Notes under the pieces: generated by a model | Seen by the model: the letters and a program-made list of their open reading frames with translations, nothing else | Database searches by the model: none | Told to the model about the DNA's origin: nothing | Origin: Candidatus Woesearchaeota archaeon | GTDB taxonomy: Archaea; Nanobdellota; Nanobdellia; Woesearchaeales; GW2011-AR4 | Direction: 5' to 3' | Assembly (NCBI GenBank): GCA_016185845.1 | Contig: JACPMV010000002.1 | Span: 1,564 to 65,563, forward strand | DNA: 64,000 nucleotides | Program-made: the position numbers and the translations under genes | Shown: positions 50,680 to 61,026 of the stretch, in pieces | Layout: every line of letters begins with the position of its first letter | Numbering within the stretch: position 1 is the stretch's first letter

Positions 50680-51891
50680 TTACATTTTCAGAAGATTTTT
50701 ATAAACTCCCACTACCTTCTTCGCCGATGCAGAAACACTAAATTCACGAGCCCTCCCAAACAATTTCTTTTTATCCCATTTTCTGCTCAAAGCCAATGAA
50801 ATTTTTACCGCTAAATCATCAGCATCTTTCGGTTTTACCAAATATCCTACACCTTCGGTGACAAGTTCCGGCGTGCCTGATACAGCGGTTGCAACCACGG
50901 GCTTTCCGCACGCCAAAGCCTCGCATAAAACAACAGGCAAGCCTTCGCTTAGGCTTGGCAAGACAAAGACATCGCAGGCATTCATGTACAATGGAATCTC
51001 ATCATGATTTTTCTGCCCCAGAAATAATATATGCCTGCCAAGCCCCAAATCCAGCATTAATCTTTTCAGGCTTTGTTCAGAATGCCCTGAGCCTATTATG
51101 CAGCATAAAATGTCTTTGTCATCCCTTACTATTATTTTAACTGCATTAATCAGGTACTCAACGCCTTTTCTGGCAAACAAATGGCCGACAAACAGCAATA
51201 TCTTTCTCTCAATAGGCAAATTTAAGATTTTTCTGGCTTTCTTCTTGTTTCTATGCCTGAATTTTCCAAGCAAAGCCCCCATAGGTATTACAAAAAACCT
51301 CTTATTTTTTACCCCCATATTTCTCAATTCATTCTTAAGATAATTGCTTTGGCAAATAATCGCATCAGAATTCTTCAAAGCAAAGCTGCTCAAATAATTT
51401 GAAGGAAACTGCCTGGCAAACCTGTTAACATCGTCCCCGTATAGCGTGGCAACCAATGGCTTGCCACATTTTTTTTTGAGATGGACGCCCAATAAGCTTT
51501 CGCTGATTTGTCCATGCATATGCACAATATCCGGATTCCACTTGTTTATTATCCCCTCTGCCAGACTTTTCGAAGCCACATATGAAAAAAAACTTTCTAT
51601 ACTTAAATAAAAATTAAGCAGCCTGAGCTTAAACAATATCCTAGGAATCATCAAATATTTCGGGTGGTGAACCTCTATGCCCCCGATTTTTTCTTTATCC
51701 GGGATTATTGAAAACCTATAGTAAGGGTTCAACAGCCTTATTTTTGGTATATATGCATAAGGAAAAATTACCTTAATATCGCAATACCTTTTCAGCTCTA
51801 TAAGCTGGTTCAATAAAAAAATTGCAGCTACAGGATTGTGTTTTGTCGGAAAGGTGTGCGTTATAACTAATAATCTTATTTTTTTACCCAT
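50680..51891 (-). CDS. GT4 glycosyltransferase
   Basis: VGHLFARKG, SEGLPVVLCEALACG. Confidence 0.92.
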   Translation of the reverse strand: MGKKIRLLVITHTFPTKHNPVAAIFLLNQLIELKRYCDIKVIFPYAYIPKIRLLNPYYRFSIIPDKEKIGGIEVHHPKYLMIPRILFKLRLLNFYLSIESFFSYVASKSLAEGIINKWNPDIVHMHGQISESLLGVHLKKKCGKPLVATLYGDDVNRFARQFPSNYLSSFALKNSDAIICQSNYLKNELRNMGVKNKRFFVIPMGALLGKFRHRNKKKARKILNLPIERKILLFVGHLFARKGVEYLINAVKIIVRDDKDILCCIIGSGHSEQSLKRLMLDLGLGRHILFLGQKNHDEIPLYMNACDVFVLPSLSEGLPVVLCEALACGKPVVATAVSGTPELVTEGVGYLVKPKDADDLAVKISLALSRKWDKKKLFGRAREFSVSASAKKVVGVYKNLLKM

Positions 51892-51892
51892 C

Positions 51893-52867
51893 TCACTTCA
51901 CATGCAGCTGATTATTAATCTTATTTTTCCACCACCATTTATTCCCCTTATACCAGCTTATTGTTTTGTCCAGGCCATCTTCAAAAGAATATTTTTGCTT
52001 CCACCCTAATGCCATTAGCTTTCCAGCATCTACGCTGTACCTTTTATCATTAAATGGCCGGTCCTTGACAAATTCTATGCAGCTCTCGCCCTTTCCAAGC
52101 TTTTTTATCAGCAATCTGCCAAGCCCCATATTCGAGATTTCGTCGGATGTCCCAATGTTGTATATCTCACCGATTTTTCCTTTGTTGAATACAATATCGA
52201 CGGCATTGGAAAAGTCATCAACATAAATGTAAGTTCTTATATTGGATCCATCGCCATGCAGCGTGACTTTTCTGCCCTCCAGCAGGCTGATGATGAACTT
52301 GGATATTATTTTTTCAGGATACTGGAATGGCCCGAACACATTATTGCCCCTGACTATCACTATAGGCAGCCCATAAGTTTTATGGTAAGATCTTATTATC
52401 ATCTCCGCACCAGCCTTGGATGCAGAATAAGGATTATTGGGATTTAGGACAGAGTCCTCCTTGAAAGAGCCTTTTTCTATATCTCCATAGACTTCATCTG
52501 TCGATATATGCACAATTTTCTTTACCTTGTTCAGCCTGGCAGCCTCCAGCAGGACATGAGTCCCATACGTGTTTGACATGGTAAAAATCAGGGAATTCCC
52601 TATAGAATTGTCTACATGGCTTTCTGCCGCAAGATGGATAATGCAGTCTATGCCTTTTAGCAATTTCATCAAGAGCCCGAAGTCGCAAACATCCCCTTTC
52701 ACAAACCTGTAGTTTTTTTTCTTCTCTACATCCTTTAAGTTGCTTATATCTCCTGCATAAGTTAGCTTGTCGTAATTTATTATTGAATGCTCTGGGTATT
52801 TGTTCACCATAAACCTGACAAAATTGCTCCCTATAAACCCAGCACCCCCAGTTATTAGTATTTTCAT
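51893..52867 (-). CDS. rmlB: dTDP-glucose 4,6-dehydratase, second copy
   Basis: GGAGFIGS, AAESHVD, STDEVYG, YSASKA, DRPFNDKRY. Confidence 0.88.
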   Translation of the reverse strand: MKILITGGAGFIGSNFVRFMVNKYPEHSIINYDKLTYAGDISNLKDVEKKKNYRFVKGDVCDFGLLMKLLKGIDCIIHLAAESHVDNSIGNSLIFTMSNTYGTHVLLEAARLNKVKKIVHISTDEVYGDIEKGSFKEDSVLNPNNPYSASKAGAEMIIRSYHKTYGLPIVIVRGNNVFGPFQYPEKIISKFIISLLEGRKVTLHGDGSNIRTYIYVDDFSNAVDIVFNKGKIGEIYNIGTSDEISNMGLGRLLIKKLGKGESCIEFVKDRPFNDKRYSVDAGKLMALGWKQKYSFEDGLDKTISWYKGNKWWWKNKINNQLHVK

Positions 52868-53817
52868 TTTTTCCTGATGTTCCTGCAGCACCCAACCATT
52901 CTTTTAATTCCTTCCTTCATTTTTATTTTGGCTTCCCACCCAAAAGCCTTCTTTGCTTTTGAGATATCAAAATAGAAGCTGCCAAGCTCGAATTTCTTCA
53001 AATCCTCAGGGAAAGGCACAGCCTTAAAGCTTCCGGATTTACATTCATTAACAACATTCCTGGCTATGTCAATGAATCTGATCCTTTCGCCAGAGCCAAC
53101 ATTAAATATCCCCCCATCAACTTTTGATTCTATTACCTTAATTATCAGCGCTACAAGGTCATCTATATAAATCAGGTCTTTAATGTCCCTGCCATAGCCA
53201 TTTACATAAAATTCCTCGCTGTTCAGGGCTTTCCTGATAAATTTATTTATTATATTGTTCTTGTTCTCGCCACCTATCTCCGGCCCGTACACAATGGACA
53301 TTCTTAGCATGACAAAATTTAGGTTGAAAGCATTTTTGTACAGCTTGCAGTAGTTTTCCGCTGCCTGCTTATGTATGCCATAAAGCGAGACTGGTCTTTG
53401 GCAGCTGTCTTCCGAGATAGGCAAATCCTTTTTTTTGACCCTTCCAAACTGCGCCCTGCTCCCGAAAAAAATATATTTAGAGCCAGGATTGACATTTTTT
53501 CTTGCTTCCAGTATATTCAGCTGGCCGATGCAGTTTACCTCAAGGTCCCCATAAGGCTCAAAATGCGAATCCGGATTAACTATCGCTGCCAGATTAATTA
53601 TGACGTCCTTGTTTTTTACATTGTCTTCAATGCATTTGTAATCTGCTACGCTTCCTTTTACCGCTTTTAGGCTGCCAGCAAATCCTAATTTGCCGATTAC
53701 ATCCGTGTTTTTAGGGCTCAACACGGTCAGATCATAATTACGCCCTGACAGGCTCCTGATTAAATGCAATCCAATGAATCCTGTTCCGCCTATCAATAAA
53801 ATGCTTTTATTTCTAAT
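52864..53817 (-). CDS. NAD-dependent epimerase/dehydratase (start uncertain, possibly ATT)
   Basis: KSILLIGGTGFIG, NLAA, YGIHK; frame open to TGA at 53829-53827 with no ATG upstream of the Rossmann motif. Confidence 0.82.
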   Translation of the reverse strand: MRNKSILLIGGTGFIGLHLIRSLSGRNYDLTVLSPKNTDVIGKLGFAGSLKAVKGSVADYKCIEDNVKNKDVIINLAAIVNPDSHFEPYGDLEVNCIGQLNILEARKNVNPGSKYIFFGSRAQFGRVKKKDLPISEDSCQRPVSLYGIHKQAAENYCKLYKNAFNLNFVMLRMSIVYGPEIGGENKNNIINKFIRKALNSEEFYVNGYGRDIKDLIYIDDLVALIIKVIESKVDGGIFNVGSGERIRFIDIARNVVNECKSGSFKAVPFPEDLKKFELGSFYFDISKAKKAFGWEAKIKMKEGIKRMVGCCRNIRKK

Positions 53818-53858
53818 AGCAATCCCTCAGCTTAATCTTAAGTATTCTGCAAACATAT

Positions 53859-53874
53859 AACTATTTAAATAGTT
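53859..53874. promoter_or_regulatory. Palindromic bidirectional TATA candidate
   Basis: AACTATTTAAATAGTT, perfect 16-bp palindrome between divergent genes. Confidence 0.6.
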
Positions 53875-53903
53875 TATTGGTTTCCTACTGTTTCCTAATC
53901 AAA

Positions 53904-55271
53904 ATGAATGCAATACTGCTGGTTGTAGATTCTTTACGGGCGGACCACCTTGGAATATCTGGCTATAAAAGAGATACAAGCCCGAATATAGACCGGCTTG
54001 CAAGAGACGGAGTTTTCTTTTCATCAGCTATTCCGACTTCGCCAAGAACCAGCCCTTCGGTAGGCTCACTTCTTACCGGGCTTTATCCCCATTCCCACGG
54101 GCTGAGGCTGGAGGGGAAAAATAAAGCCAGATTTGAATCTATCAATGTTGTAGACAGGCTAAATAAAAATGCAGTTACAATACAGGAAATCCTAAAATCT
54201 CACGGATACGCTACAATAGGAAATGACATAGAAATGGACAATACCGGGATTGAAAAAGGCTTTGACGAATTCAATTTATTAAAGTGGCGCGTTGCCAACA
54301 AGATAAAAAGGACAATAAAAAAAGCCGTCAAATGGAATTATAATATAGACCCTGCAGAGACTTTAACTGATTTTGCAATAAATCAAATCAAGAAATTAAA
54401 AGACAGGAAATTTTTCTTATACCTCCATTATGTCGGGCTGCATTGGCCTTATACTCCGCCAGAGCCTTATGATGAAATGTTTGACACCGATTATAGAGGA
54501 AACCACACCTTTAATGAAGTCAATGGCAAGATAAACAGGGGAGACCTGATATTTAACAATAGCCTGCCAAAGGAAGAGATTAAACATGCCATAGCCCACT
54601 ATGACGGAGCAATAAGATTTGTAGACGGGCAGATAGGCAGGCTAATCAGCCATCTGGACAGCCTTGGCCTACGCGAAAATACATTGATTGTACTGACTGC
54701 AGACCATGGAGAATGCTTTGGAGAGCATGGGCTTTGCTTCAATCATGGCGAGTACCTCTATGAAGAAGCTGCCAGAGTTCCGCTTATCTTTTTGTATCAC
54801 AAATCTCCTAAGAAAAAGATAGACACCCAGGTGCAATCAACAGATATTATGCCAACAATTCTAGACATTCTTGATATTGAATTAATCGAGAATATAGAAG
54901 GCGCCAGCCTTATGACCTTAGTTAAAGATAATGACAAAGTCAGAGAATATACTTTCGCCGAAAGCGGCATGTCGTTCTTCAAGGAAGACAAGAGGCGCTA
55001 TATGGGAGGAATAAAGGGAAAATGGCGCATGATAAGAACAGACGAATGGAAGCTAATCTATATCCCTCATCCCCAAAAGGACATATTTGAGCTTTACAAC
55101 CTGAAAGATGACCCAATGGAAACAATAAATCTGTTTGAAAAAAATGCCGAGATAGCCAATAAGCTCAGGGAAGAATTGTTTAAATGGATGAAAGACTCTG
55201 ACTCAAGCGAAGACATGGACTTGACTGAAAAATCAAAGAAACTGCTAAAAAAGCTCGGGTATATCGACTAA
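53904..55271 (+). CDS. Sulfatase-like alkaline-phosphatase-superfamily protein (Thr nucleophile)
   Basis: VDSLRADHL, PRTSPS...LLTG, HWPY, ADHGE, DIMPT, LKKLGY. Confidence 0.85.
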   Translation: MNAILLVVDSLRADHLGISGYKRDTSPNIDRLARDGVFFSSAIPTSPRTSPSVGSLLTGLYPHSHGLRLEGKNKARFESINVVDRLNKNAVTIQEILKSHGYATIGNDIEMDNTGIEKGFDEFNLLKWRVANKIKRTIKKAVKWNYNIDPAETLTDFAINQIKKLKDRKFFLYLHYVGLHWPYTPPEPYDEMFDTDYRGNHTFNEVNGKINRGDLIFNNSLPKEEIKHAIAHYDGAIRFVDGQIGRLISHLDSLGLRENTLIVLTADHGECFGEHGLCFNHGEYLYEEAARVPLIFLYHKSPKKKIDTQVQSTDIMPTILDILDIELIENIEGASLMTLVKDNDKVREYTFAESGMSFFKEDKRRYMGGIKGKWRMIRTDEWKLIYIPHPQKDIFELYNLKDDPMETINLFEKNAEIANKLREELFKWMKDSDSSEDMDLTEKSKKLLKKLGYID

Positions 55272-55320
55272 TCCTATAAGAAAATTTATAAAGCTCTTGC
55301 CTTTTGTTTCTCGCGGCAAG

Positions 55321-56469
55321 ATGGGCATAATCAATTTTTTTCAATCTAAATTCGGTAAAAAGCCAAATATAATCATGATCATGATTGATGGGGCTAGGAG
55401 CGACGTTATTGGATCAGTAAACTACTACAAGCAACTAAAAAAAGATTCTATATTCTGCTCCAAACTGATAACTTATGCCCCTTATACAATAGGCTCTTTG
55501 CATTCGCTGTTTTCCGGAATGTATGGGAACAATAACGGGGTTAATGGTTACTATAAAAGCTACGGCTTTGACGCGAAAAATTGCCTTACTTTGGCGCAAT
55601 ACCTAAAAGAAGCAGGCTACTATACGGAAGCAGATGTTGTTGCAAAAGACATTCTGCCATCTTCAGGCTTTGACAAGATCAGGGTTTACGACGAGTTTAA
55701 GGAAGATTTGACAGAAAGGCACAAGGAGATTTTAAACCAAATCAGTCAAAAAGGGCCTTTCTTCCTGTTTTTGGACTATATAAGCCTCCATACTAACCTG
55801 GTCCATAACGTAATAAAAAAATATTCTGACTTTGACAAGGAATACTTCGACAACAGGAAAAATAATTTAAAGAATTATCTTCAAGAGGTAGAGAAAAGCG
55901 CGAACTACCTTGACAGTTTACTGAAGAAGATAAGTGAGATGGGTTTATTGGACAACACACTCGTTATAATTTTTTCAGACCATGGCACAAGCGTTGGCGA
56001 CAGGCCGGGGGAAAAGGCTTACGGAGTCTACCTTTATGATTATACCATAAGGTGCTTTCTTTACATCATCAGCAAAGATCTGCCCAAAGGCCTTGAAATA
56101 AACGAGCTTGTGAGAAGCATAGACATATTGCCGACCATGCTTGAAATATTAAAAATAAATGAAAAAAAAAGCCATAATAAAATCCAAGGCAAATCATTTT
56201 TGCCGTTAATTAACGGCAAGACGGAAGAAAGGATAGCTTATTCCGAAACAGGCGGCCTTGGAGGCCCGACACCATCTCCAGAAAAACACAACGTATTTGC
56301 TGTGCGCACAAACAAATGGAAGCTGATTTATAATGAGACAAGCAAGAAAAAAGAATTATACGACTTGGAAAATGACGAGGGGGAAATAAACAATCTTGCA
56401 GGCAAAAAACCCGATATTGAGAGATTCCTGTGGGAAGAGATGAAGAACCACTCAGAACCTAAGAAATAA
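55321..56469 (+). CDS. Sulfatase-like alkaline-phosphatase-superfamily protein
   Basis: IDGARSD, PYTIGS...LFSG, SDHG, DILPT, ELYDL. Confidence 0.82.
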   Translation: MGIINFFQSKFGKKPNIIMIMIDGARSDVIGSVNYYKQLKKDSIFCSKLITYAPYTIGSLHSLFSGMYGNNNGVNGYYKSYGFDAKNCLTLAQYLKEAGYYTEADVVAKDILPSSGFDKIRVYDEFKEDLTERHKEILNQISQKGPFFLFLDYISLHTNLVHNVIKKYSDFDKEYFDNRKNNLKNYLQEVEKSANYLDSLLKKISEMGLLDNTLVIIFSDHGTSVGDRPGEKAYGVYLYDYTIRCFLYIISKDLPKGLEINELVRSIDILPTMLEILKINEKKSHNKIQGKSFLPLINGKTEERIAYSETGGLGGPTPSPEKHNVFAVRTNKWKLIYNETSKKKELYDLENDEGEINNLAGKKPDIERFLWEEMKNHSEPKK

Positions 56470-56479
56470 TTAAACAGAT

Positions 56480-56833
56480 TTATTCCTGTACATACTCAGC
56501 TCCGGTTGCAAGGCAAATTTCAGCTTTCTTCAGCTCTTTTCCCAGATATGCGGCGTGCTCCAATCTTGTCAGCCAGCGCTTGTTATTTTTTTGGCTATAA
56601 TCAAAAATCGACGTATACAAATCCTGCGCTCTTTTCCCCACGAATTCCTTAAGGATTGTATGGGTGTAATCGCAGATCGCAACCCCTATCTCGAGAGTGT
56701 CCGGATAAATTCTTATCAAAACATAGCATCCTTTATCAATCCTGAAATCCTTATTTGTGTACTTTTTGGCTTTGATTACCTCAAAACTTTTTGAGTATTT
56801 CTGCTTCTTAACCCATTTTGGCATTTCTGTCAT
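56480..56833 (-). CDS. DUF4346-like protein
   Basis: DKGCY...HAAYLGKELKKAE...YVQE. Confidence 0.72.
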   Translation of the reverse strand: MTEMPKWVKKQKYSKSFEVIKAKKYTNKDFRIDKGCYVLIRIYPDTLEIGVAICDYTHTILKEFVGKRAQDLYTSIFDYSQKNNKRWLTRLEHAAYLGKELKKAEICLATGAEYVQE

Positions 56834-56893
56834 GCATTAAAGGAAGATTATTCCCGATTTAAAACTATTGGTAAAAACATCAAAAAGGCGAAC

Positions 56894-56908
56894 CGAAACC
56901 TTTAAATA
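56894..56908 (+). promoter_or_regulatory. Archaeal BRE-TATA promoter of the phosphonate operon
   Basis: CGAAACCTTTAAATA, 24 nt upstream of ATG 56933. Confidence 0.65.
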
Positions 56909-56932
56909 CTATTACTAGTGACACTAGTAGCT

Positions 56933-57478
56933 ATGAAAAAAGTAGTATGGCTAAATAAATCTAACGGGCAATTATGCGTTACAATACCTAAAGACTCCGG
57001 AGTAAATGAAGGGGAAATTGTGAATGTGGAAAAAGAGAAGGTCAAGTCCATAGTTTATTCTTCGGTAACCGGCGACCTTTTCCATTATGGGCACCTTCGG
57101 CTGCTGCAAAGAGCCAATGAACTTGGAGATTTTCATATATGCGGCGTACTGACAGATGAGGCCATAAAATCCTATAAGCGGGATCCTATAGCGGGATTCA
57201 AGGAAAGAAAATCCATCATATCCTCGCTTTTGTGCGTTGATATGGTAATGCCGCAGCACAGCCTTGATCCGACGGACAATCTTAAGAAAATACATGAGCA
57301 GTTTGAGAATGCCAAGCTGGTTCTTGTCCTTGGCTCCAACTGGAAAAAAGTGCCTGGATCGGAGTATATCAATAAAATAAAAGGGGAGATAGTGCAGCCG
57401 CCATTTTATGAAAAATTATCCACTGACAACATTATAAATAAAATCTTTAAAACTTATGGAAGAGGCAGACAAAAATGA
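56933..57478 (+). CDS. HXGH cytidylyltransferase with N-terminal AbrB/MazE-like segment
   Basis: [20 protein letters not shown] followed by GDLFHYGH. Confidence 0.8.
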   Translation: MKKVVWLNKSNGQLCVTIPKDSGVNEGEIVNVEKEKVKSIVYSSVTGDLFHYGHLRLLQRANELGDFHICGVLTDEAIKSYKRDPIAGFKERKSIISSLLCVDMVMPQHSLDPTDNLKKIHEQFENAKLVLVLGSNWKKVPGSEYINKIKGEIVQPPFYEKLSTDNIINKIFKTYGRGRQK

Positions 57479-58773
57479 AAAAAGTATATGTAGGGATGAG
57501 CACCGATGTCCTGCACCATGGGCATATAAATATAATATCGGCTGCAAGAAAGCTTGGGGAAGTTACAGTTGGGTTGCTTACTGACGAAGCAATTGCGAGC
57601 TTCAAGAGGGTGCCTTTGCTTTCATACGGGCAGAGAAAAAAAATAATAGAGAACATAAAAGGAGTCAAGGAAGTAATTCCGCAGGAAACCCTTGATTATG
57701 CCCCAAATTTAATTAAGCTAAAGCCCGATTATGTAGTGCACGGAACTGACTGGAAAACTGGAGTTCAAAAACATATAAGGTATAGGGTAATAAAAACACT
57801 AAAGGGGTGGAACGGCAAGCTCATAGAGCCAGAATATACAAAAGGGATATCCTCAACACAGCTTATAAACGAGATGCTGGAAATAGGCACAACTTCTGAG
57901 ATAAGGCTGAAAAAGCTGAGGAAACTGCTGGAGCTAAAGCCTTTAGTCAGGCTTATGGAGGTCCACAATGGCCTGACAGGAAGAATAGTGGAAAAAGCAA
58001 AGATAGTGCAGGGAAATTCTATAAGGGAGTTTGACGGAATGTGGGAAAGCAGCCTGACAGATTCCATTTCCAAAGGCAAGCCGGACATTGAGTATGTGGA
58101 TATAACCTCAAGGCTGCATACAATCGACCAGATATTTGACGTCACAACAAAGCCAATGGTAGTTGATGCCAATAACGGGGGAGTTCCTGAACATTTTGTA
58201 TATACTGTAAAGACACTTGAAAGGGTCGGAGTCTCCGCTGTCATAATAGAAGACAAGACCGGGCTTAAAAAAAATTCCCTTTTTGGGACTGACGCCAATC
58301 AAATGCAGGATTCAATAGAGAATTTCTGCAAAAAGATTTCCGCAGGAAAGAAAGCTCAGGTAACTGAGGATTTCATGATTATTGCGAGAATAGAGAGCCT
58401 TATACTGAAAAATGGAATGGAGGATGCAATTAAAAGGGCAAAAGCGTACATAGAATCCGGTGTTGACGGGATCATGATACACAGCAAGGAAAAAAGCCCG
58501 AAAGAAATCCTGGAATTCTGCAGGCGATACAGGGGTTTTGACAAAAAAGTTCCGCTAGTAGCTGTCCCGACAACATACAATGAAATAACTGAAGAGGAGC
58601 TGATAAAAGCCGGAGTGAATATTGTGATATACGCAAATCATCTGCTAAGAAGCGCGTACCCAAGCATGGTCAGGGCTGCAGAGCTTATACTGAAAAACCA
58701 CAGGGCGCAGGAAGCAGACAAGCTGTGCATGCCGATAAAGGAAATACTTGAATTGATTCCCGGAGCAAAATGA
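57475..58773 (+). CDS. pepM: Phosphoenolpyruvate mutase with N-terminal cytidylyltransferase
   Basis: HHGH domain; [10 protein letters not shown] matches the PepM EDKX5NS-type signature region; ARIESLI. Confidence 0.93.
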   Translation: MKKVYVGMSTDVLHHGHINIISAARKLGEVTVGLLTDEAIASFKRVPLLSYGQRKKIIENIKGVKEVIPQETLDYAPNLIKLKPDYVVHGTDWKTGVQKHIRYRVIKTLKGWNGKLIEPEYTKGISSTQLINEMLEIGTTSEIRLKKLRKLLELKPLVRLMEVHNGLTGRIVEKAKIVQGNSIREFDGMWESSLTDSISKGKPDIEYVDITSRLHTIDQIFDVTTKPMVVDANNGGVPEHFVYTVKTLERVGVSAVIIEDKTGLKKNSLFGTDANQMQDSIENFCKKISAGKKAQVTEDFMIIARIESLILKNGMEDAIKRAKAYIESGVDGIMIHSKEKSPKEILEFCRRYRGFDKKVPLVAVPTTYNEITEEELIKAGVNIVIYANHLLRSAYPSMVRAAELILKNHRAQEADKLCMPIKEILELIPGAK

Positions 58774-59888
58774 TAAGCTGCAAGAAATTTTATGACTGCC
58801 TGCTGGAAAATGAAATTGATTTTTTTAGCGGAGTTCCTGATTCTTTATTGAAGGACTTTTGCGCTTACGTGACTGACAATGCAGAAGGCAAGAAAAATAT
58901 AATAGCTGCAAATGAGGGAAATGCAATTGCAATAGCTTCAGGATACCATCTTTCTACGGGAAAATTTGGATTGGTTTATATGCAGAATTCCGGATTGGGC
59001 AATACAATAAACCCTTTGACATCGCTTGCCGACAAAGAGGTTTATTCAATCCCGATGCTCCTATTGATTGGATGGCGGGCAGAGCCTGGTATTAAGGATG
59101 AGCCGCAGCATATCAAGATGGGAAAAGTCACTCTTGGATTGCTTGAAACCATTGGAATTAAATATGAAATATTGAATGACAATTTTGAGGAAATCATTGA
59201 AAAAGCCAAAAGCCATATGGAAAATGAAAAATCTCCCTTTGCGATTGTTGCAAGGAAAGGGGCTTTTGAGGAATACAAGCTTAAAACTAAAAAAGAAACA
59301 AATTACGAGCTTAATAGGGAAGACGCAATAAGGCTTATAGTGCCTTTGCTTGACAAAGATGATATAATAATCTCAACAACAGGAATGACTTCAAGGGAGC
59401 TTTTTGAGCTGAGGGAGGCAAACAAGGAAGGGCATGAAAAGGATTTTCTTACAGTAGGATGCATGGGGCATTCTTCTTCCATTGCTTTGGGAATTGCCTT
59501 GGAAAAACCAGAAAGGAATGTTTACTGCCTTGACGGAGACGGCGCTTTGATAATGCACATGGGAGCATTGTCCACAATAGCTTCTTTAAATCCTAAGAAC
59601 TTCAAGCACATTGTTTTTAACAACTTTGCACATGACTCTGTTGGCGGGCAGCCGACTGCCGCATACAATATTGATATTCCAGCTATTGCAATGGCAAGCG
59701 GCTATGTTTACGCAGATTCTGCAGAAACCAAAGATGACCTTATCGATAAAATAAATAAAATGAAAAATATTGACGGTCCTGCGCTTCTTGAAATAAAAGT
59801 CAACAAAGGCCACAGGAAAGACCTGGGAAGGCCCACAAGGACGCCGATAGAGAACAAGGAAGATTTTATGGGGTTTTTATCTGGTTAA
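58770..59888 (+). CDS. ppd: Phosphonopyruvate decarboxylase
   Basis: [37 protein letters not shown]. Confidence 0.93.
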   Translation: MISCKKFYDCLLENEIDFFSGVPDSLLKDFCAYVTDNAEGKKNIIAANEGNAIAIASGYHLSTGKFGLVYMQNSGLGNTINPLTSLADKEVYSIPMLLLIGWRAEPGIKDEPQHIKMGKVTLGLLETIGIKYEILNDNFEEIIEKAKSHMENEKSPFAIVARKGAFEEYKLKTKKETNYELNREDAIRLIVPLLDKDDIIISTTGMTSRELFELREANKEGHEKDFLTVGCMGHSSSIALGIALEKPERNVYCLDGDGALIMHMGALSTIASLNPKNFKHIVFNNFAHDSVGGQPTAAYNIDIPAIAMASGYVYADSAETKDDLIDKINKMKNIDGPALLEIKVNKGHRKDLGRPTRTPIENKEDFMGFLSG

Positions 59889-59889
59889 A

Positions 59890-61026
59890 ATGCATCAAAA
59901 AGAATATTTCGGGCTCAATTCAATAATCAATTTAAAGAAAATCCTGTCTAAATACAAACCAAAAAGCATATTTCTAGTCACCGGCAAAAACTCTTACGAA
60001 AAATGCGGCGCAAAGTCAATTCTTGATAAAATCCTTAAGGGCTACAATGTAATTCATTTCTATGATTTTGATGTAAATCCGAAACTTCTTGACATTAAAA
60101 AAGGAATTAAGTTATTCAAGAAAAATAAATGCGATTTTATCATTGCTATCGGAGGCGGCAGCGTGATGGACGTCGCAAAGTCAGTAAACTCATTTGCCGC
60201 AAATGATGGAAAGCCGGAAGATTATCTCCAAAAAGGAAAATCCATAGAAAAAAAAGGCAAAGTTCTTGTTGCTATTCCCACAACAGCAGGCTCAGGAAGC
60301 GAGGCAACAAAGTTTGCAGTTATCTACCTAAACAAGACAAAATATTCTCTGGACAATGAGTTTATAATTCCGGATTATGCAATAATAGATCCCCAGTTTA
60401 TAATGAACCTGCAGAAAAGCATAACATCTTCCGCAGGAATGGATGCACTGTCGCAGGGAATTGAGTCATACTGGTCCGTACATTCCACCAATCAATCCAA
60501 AAAGTATTCTAGAGGTGCAATCAAGCTTGCCATAAGAAATCTTGCCAAAGCAGTCAATGGCAATAAATCCAGCAGAATAGCAATGGCTAAAGCAGCGCAT
60601 TTGGCAGGAAAGGCAATTAATATATCAAAAACAACAGCATGCCATGCAATCTCTTATCCCATAACCTCATATTTCAATGTTCCTCACGGGCATGCGGTTG
60701 CTCTGACTATACCCTCAATGCTTAAATACAATCTAGATATCAATGAAAATGATATGATTGACAAGCGCGGAGTAAAATACGTCAAAAAAACAATCAATGA
60801 AATTGTAAAACTATTAGGATATGCCAATGTTAATGATGCAAGCATTAAAATACAAAATTTGATGAAACAAATCGGATTATCAACAAAACTCAGCGAATTG
60901 GGAATAAAAACAAATGAAGATATAGAAATAATTATAAAAAACGGGTTTAACCCGGGAAGAGTCAGGAACAATCCAAGGTTATTGACAGAGCAGGCTTTAA
61001 GGAAAATACTGGAGGATATAAGATGA
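59890..61026 (+). CDS. Fe-dependent alcohol dehydrogenase (phosphonoacetaldehyde reductase)
   Basis: GGGSVMD, PTTAGSGSE, HAISYP, HGHA, RNNPR; follows ppd. Confidence 0.88.
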   Translation: MHQKEYFGLNSIINLKKILSKYKPKSIFLVTGKNSYEKCGAKSILDKILKGYNVIHFYDFDVNPKLLDIKKGIKLFKKNKCDFIIAIGGGSVMDVAKSVNSFAANDGKPEDYLQKGKSIEKKGKVLVAIPTTAGSGSEATKFAVIYLNKTKYSLDNEFIIPDYAIIDPQFIMNLQKSITSSAGMDALSQGIESYWSVHSTNQSKKYSRGAIKLAIRNLAKAVNGNKSSRIAMAKAAHLAGKAINISKTTACHAISYPITSYFNVPHGHAVALTIPSMLKYNLDINENDMIDKRGVKYVKKTINEIVKLLGYANVNDASIKIQNLMKQIGLSTKLSELGIKTNEDIEIIIKNGFNPGRVRNNPRLLTEQALRKILEDIR

